The position numbers and the translations under genes were made by a program. This document shows positions 62,454 to 64,000 of a stretch of DNA of 64,000 bases, piece by piece. This DNA is from Planktothrix sp. GU0601_MAG3 (GTDB lineage: Bacteria > Cyanobacteriota > Cyanobacteriia > Cyanobacteriales > Microcoleaceae). Below the pieces are notes generated by a model. It was not told the origin of the DNA. It did no database searches and saw only the letters and a list, made by a program, of their open reading frames with translations. Every line of letters begins with the position of its first letter. Within the stretch, counting starts at the first letter, position 1. Where the stretch lies: positions 2,740,578 through 2,804,577 of the forward strand of contig CP136572.1 in NCBI GenBank assembly GCA_035193785.1, written 5' to 3'.

Positions 62454-63933
62454 CTATAATTGTTCCCCATCTGCTTCTATAATGTGGGGCGCATTTCGAG
62501 AAATTAACCAAGTTAGAAAGCCCCCGACGATTGCTAATCCTGCTAAACTCATAAATACATTAGATAACCCGATTAAGGTTTCCGCAAATCCCGCCAAAGC
62601 TAGGGGTAAACTCAAGGCAATATTAATCGCATTATTCTGAAGACCAAAGACTTTTCCGCGCATGGCTTCGGGGGTTTCGGCTTGAATTGTGGTTTGCATC
62701 GGAATCGCCACAATTGCTCCAAAAATTCCTAAGCAGAAAATTAAGATTAAAGTCGGCCACAATCGTTCATTAAATAGGGATAATCCCCCCAAGGATGCGG
62801 CGACTCCAAAAGAACCCATTAACGCCAATTGGAAATGGGTAAATCTATGACCCAGATGACCCAGAACCGTTGCCCCAAGACCCATTCCTGCCCCTCCAGC
62901 AGCTAATAGAAAGCCAAATTGGGAGGAACTAATCTCGGGAATAATTTCCGCCAAACGCACGGCTAAAACCGCTAGGGCGGCAAAAATAGAAAACAGAATA
63001 ATTAATTGTAGTAAAGCATTTCTAATTAAAGTATGATTGCTTAAATAGCGAATCCCATCGCGTAAATCTTCTAAAATATGGGGTTGTTCATGGTCGGAAT
63101 GATTATTTTTTTCTTGGGTATTTAAAAGCATCAGAATCAACCCAGCAATTACATATTCTCCCCCGACAATTAATTCTTTTCCTATAGATTGTAAACCAAT
63201 TTGATTGGAAATTAAATCCGCTAGGGCTAATAGGGGTTCTCCCACCGCAAACCCAACAATCACCGAAGCCATCATGGTTGTGGTATACAGAGAATTAGCG
63301 GATAATAAATGGCGTTTTTCCACAACTAAAGGAATCGCCGATTGTTCCGCCGGAGCAAAAAATTGGGTTAAGGTAGATACTAAAAAAGTGGTAATTAATA
63401 AAATATAAAATCCCACGGGTAACTGACTAAAATATTGATCTTGAAACAGCCATAAAATTAGGGGTAAAGCCATAACTAACCCCCCGCGTAATAGATTGGT
63501 AATCACTAAAACCGCTTTTTTTGACCATCGATCTACAAATACTCCCGCCCCCGCCCCAAACAAAATTGCAGGAATAGTAAACGCCATCATAATTGCTGAT
63601 ACCCAACCACTAATGGTTTGATCAGCCTGTTGAAAGCGAGTGGAAATAATGGCAATCATTAATACTAAATAAACCTTATCCGCCAGTTGAGAAAACAGTT
63701 GTCCACTCCAAAGGGCGAGGAAATTTTTGTTTCTCAGGACGGGTAAAAATCCCCGTTCTTCTTCCCCTGGGGGTTCGGGAACAGGGCCATTGTGATCGGA
63801 ATGATTTTTTCCATTGTCCAATTCTGCGGAAACTAGACGGGGTAATTTCTATCAAGGAGTCGGTCTCCCAATCTTTCATAATGGCCAAGGGTGGATGGAA
63901 TTCAAAGTTTTTTTCTAAATCTGGCGATCGCAT
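62454..63933 (-). CDS. MFS transporter (apparent frameshift at 63829-63833 in N-terminus)
   Basis: NFLALWSGQLFSQLAD, GVFVDRWSKK, MRGKVFG. The TTG-started ORF 62454..63821 extends to ATG 63933 if one base is removed. Confidence 0.88.
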
Positions 63934-64000
63934 CTTATAATCTTAAATCACTATCCTAAGAGCAGTCAGGCTTGAGCGAAAATTGACACTCTCTCCTCAA

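Overview
A 64-kb chromosomal window from a filamentous cyanobacterium. HIP1 GCGATCGC octamers, heptamer STRR repeats, psbB/psbT, OCP-FRP and a cyanobacterial rRNA operon support this; Oscillatoriales, probably Planktothrix-like, is an inference. Most of the content is housekeeping: truB, yidD, menG/ubiE, ssb, a phosphate cluster (porin, phoX, SphR-like regulator with a Pho box), psbB-psbT-nrdR-rps1, ocp-frp, metK, a prk-like kinase, tRNA-His, 16S-23S, a DevCA-type ABC exporter, hisG, GST and dapL. Mobile elements are an intact group II intron in a response-regulator leader, an ISAs1 element and an ISAs1-type MITE nested in a dispersed repeat, an IS630-type MITE, and several tnpB-less IS200/IS605 end remnants. 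The strongest signal: all 24 frameshifts I could locate (22 genes, several essential) are repaired by removing one base from a GAAAC/GTTTC pentamer. That is a systematic GAAC/GTTC-specific +1 error, and GAAC/GTTC is a known DNA phosphorothioation motif. The rRNA operon also has no 5S gene, and a decayed Mrr/toxin-antitoxin islet is present.
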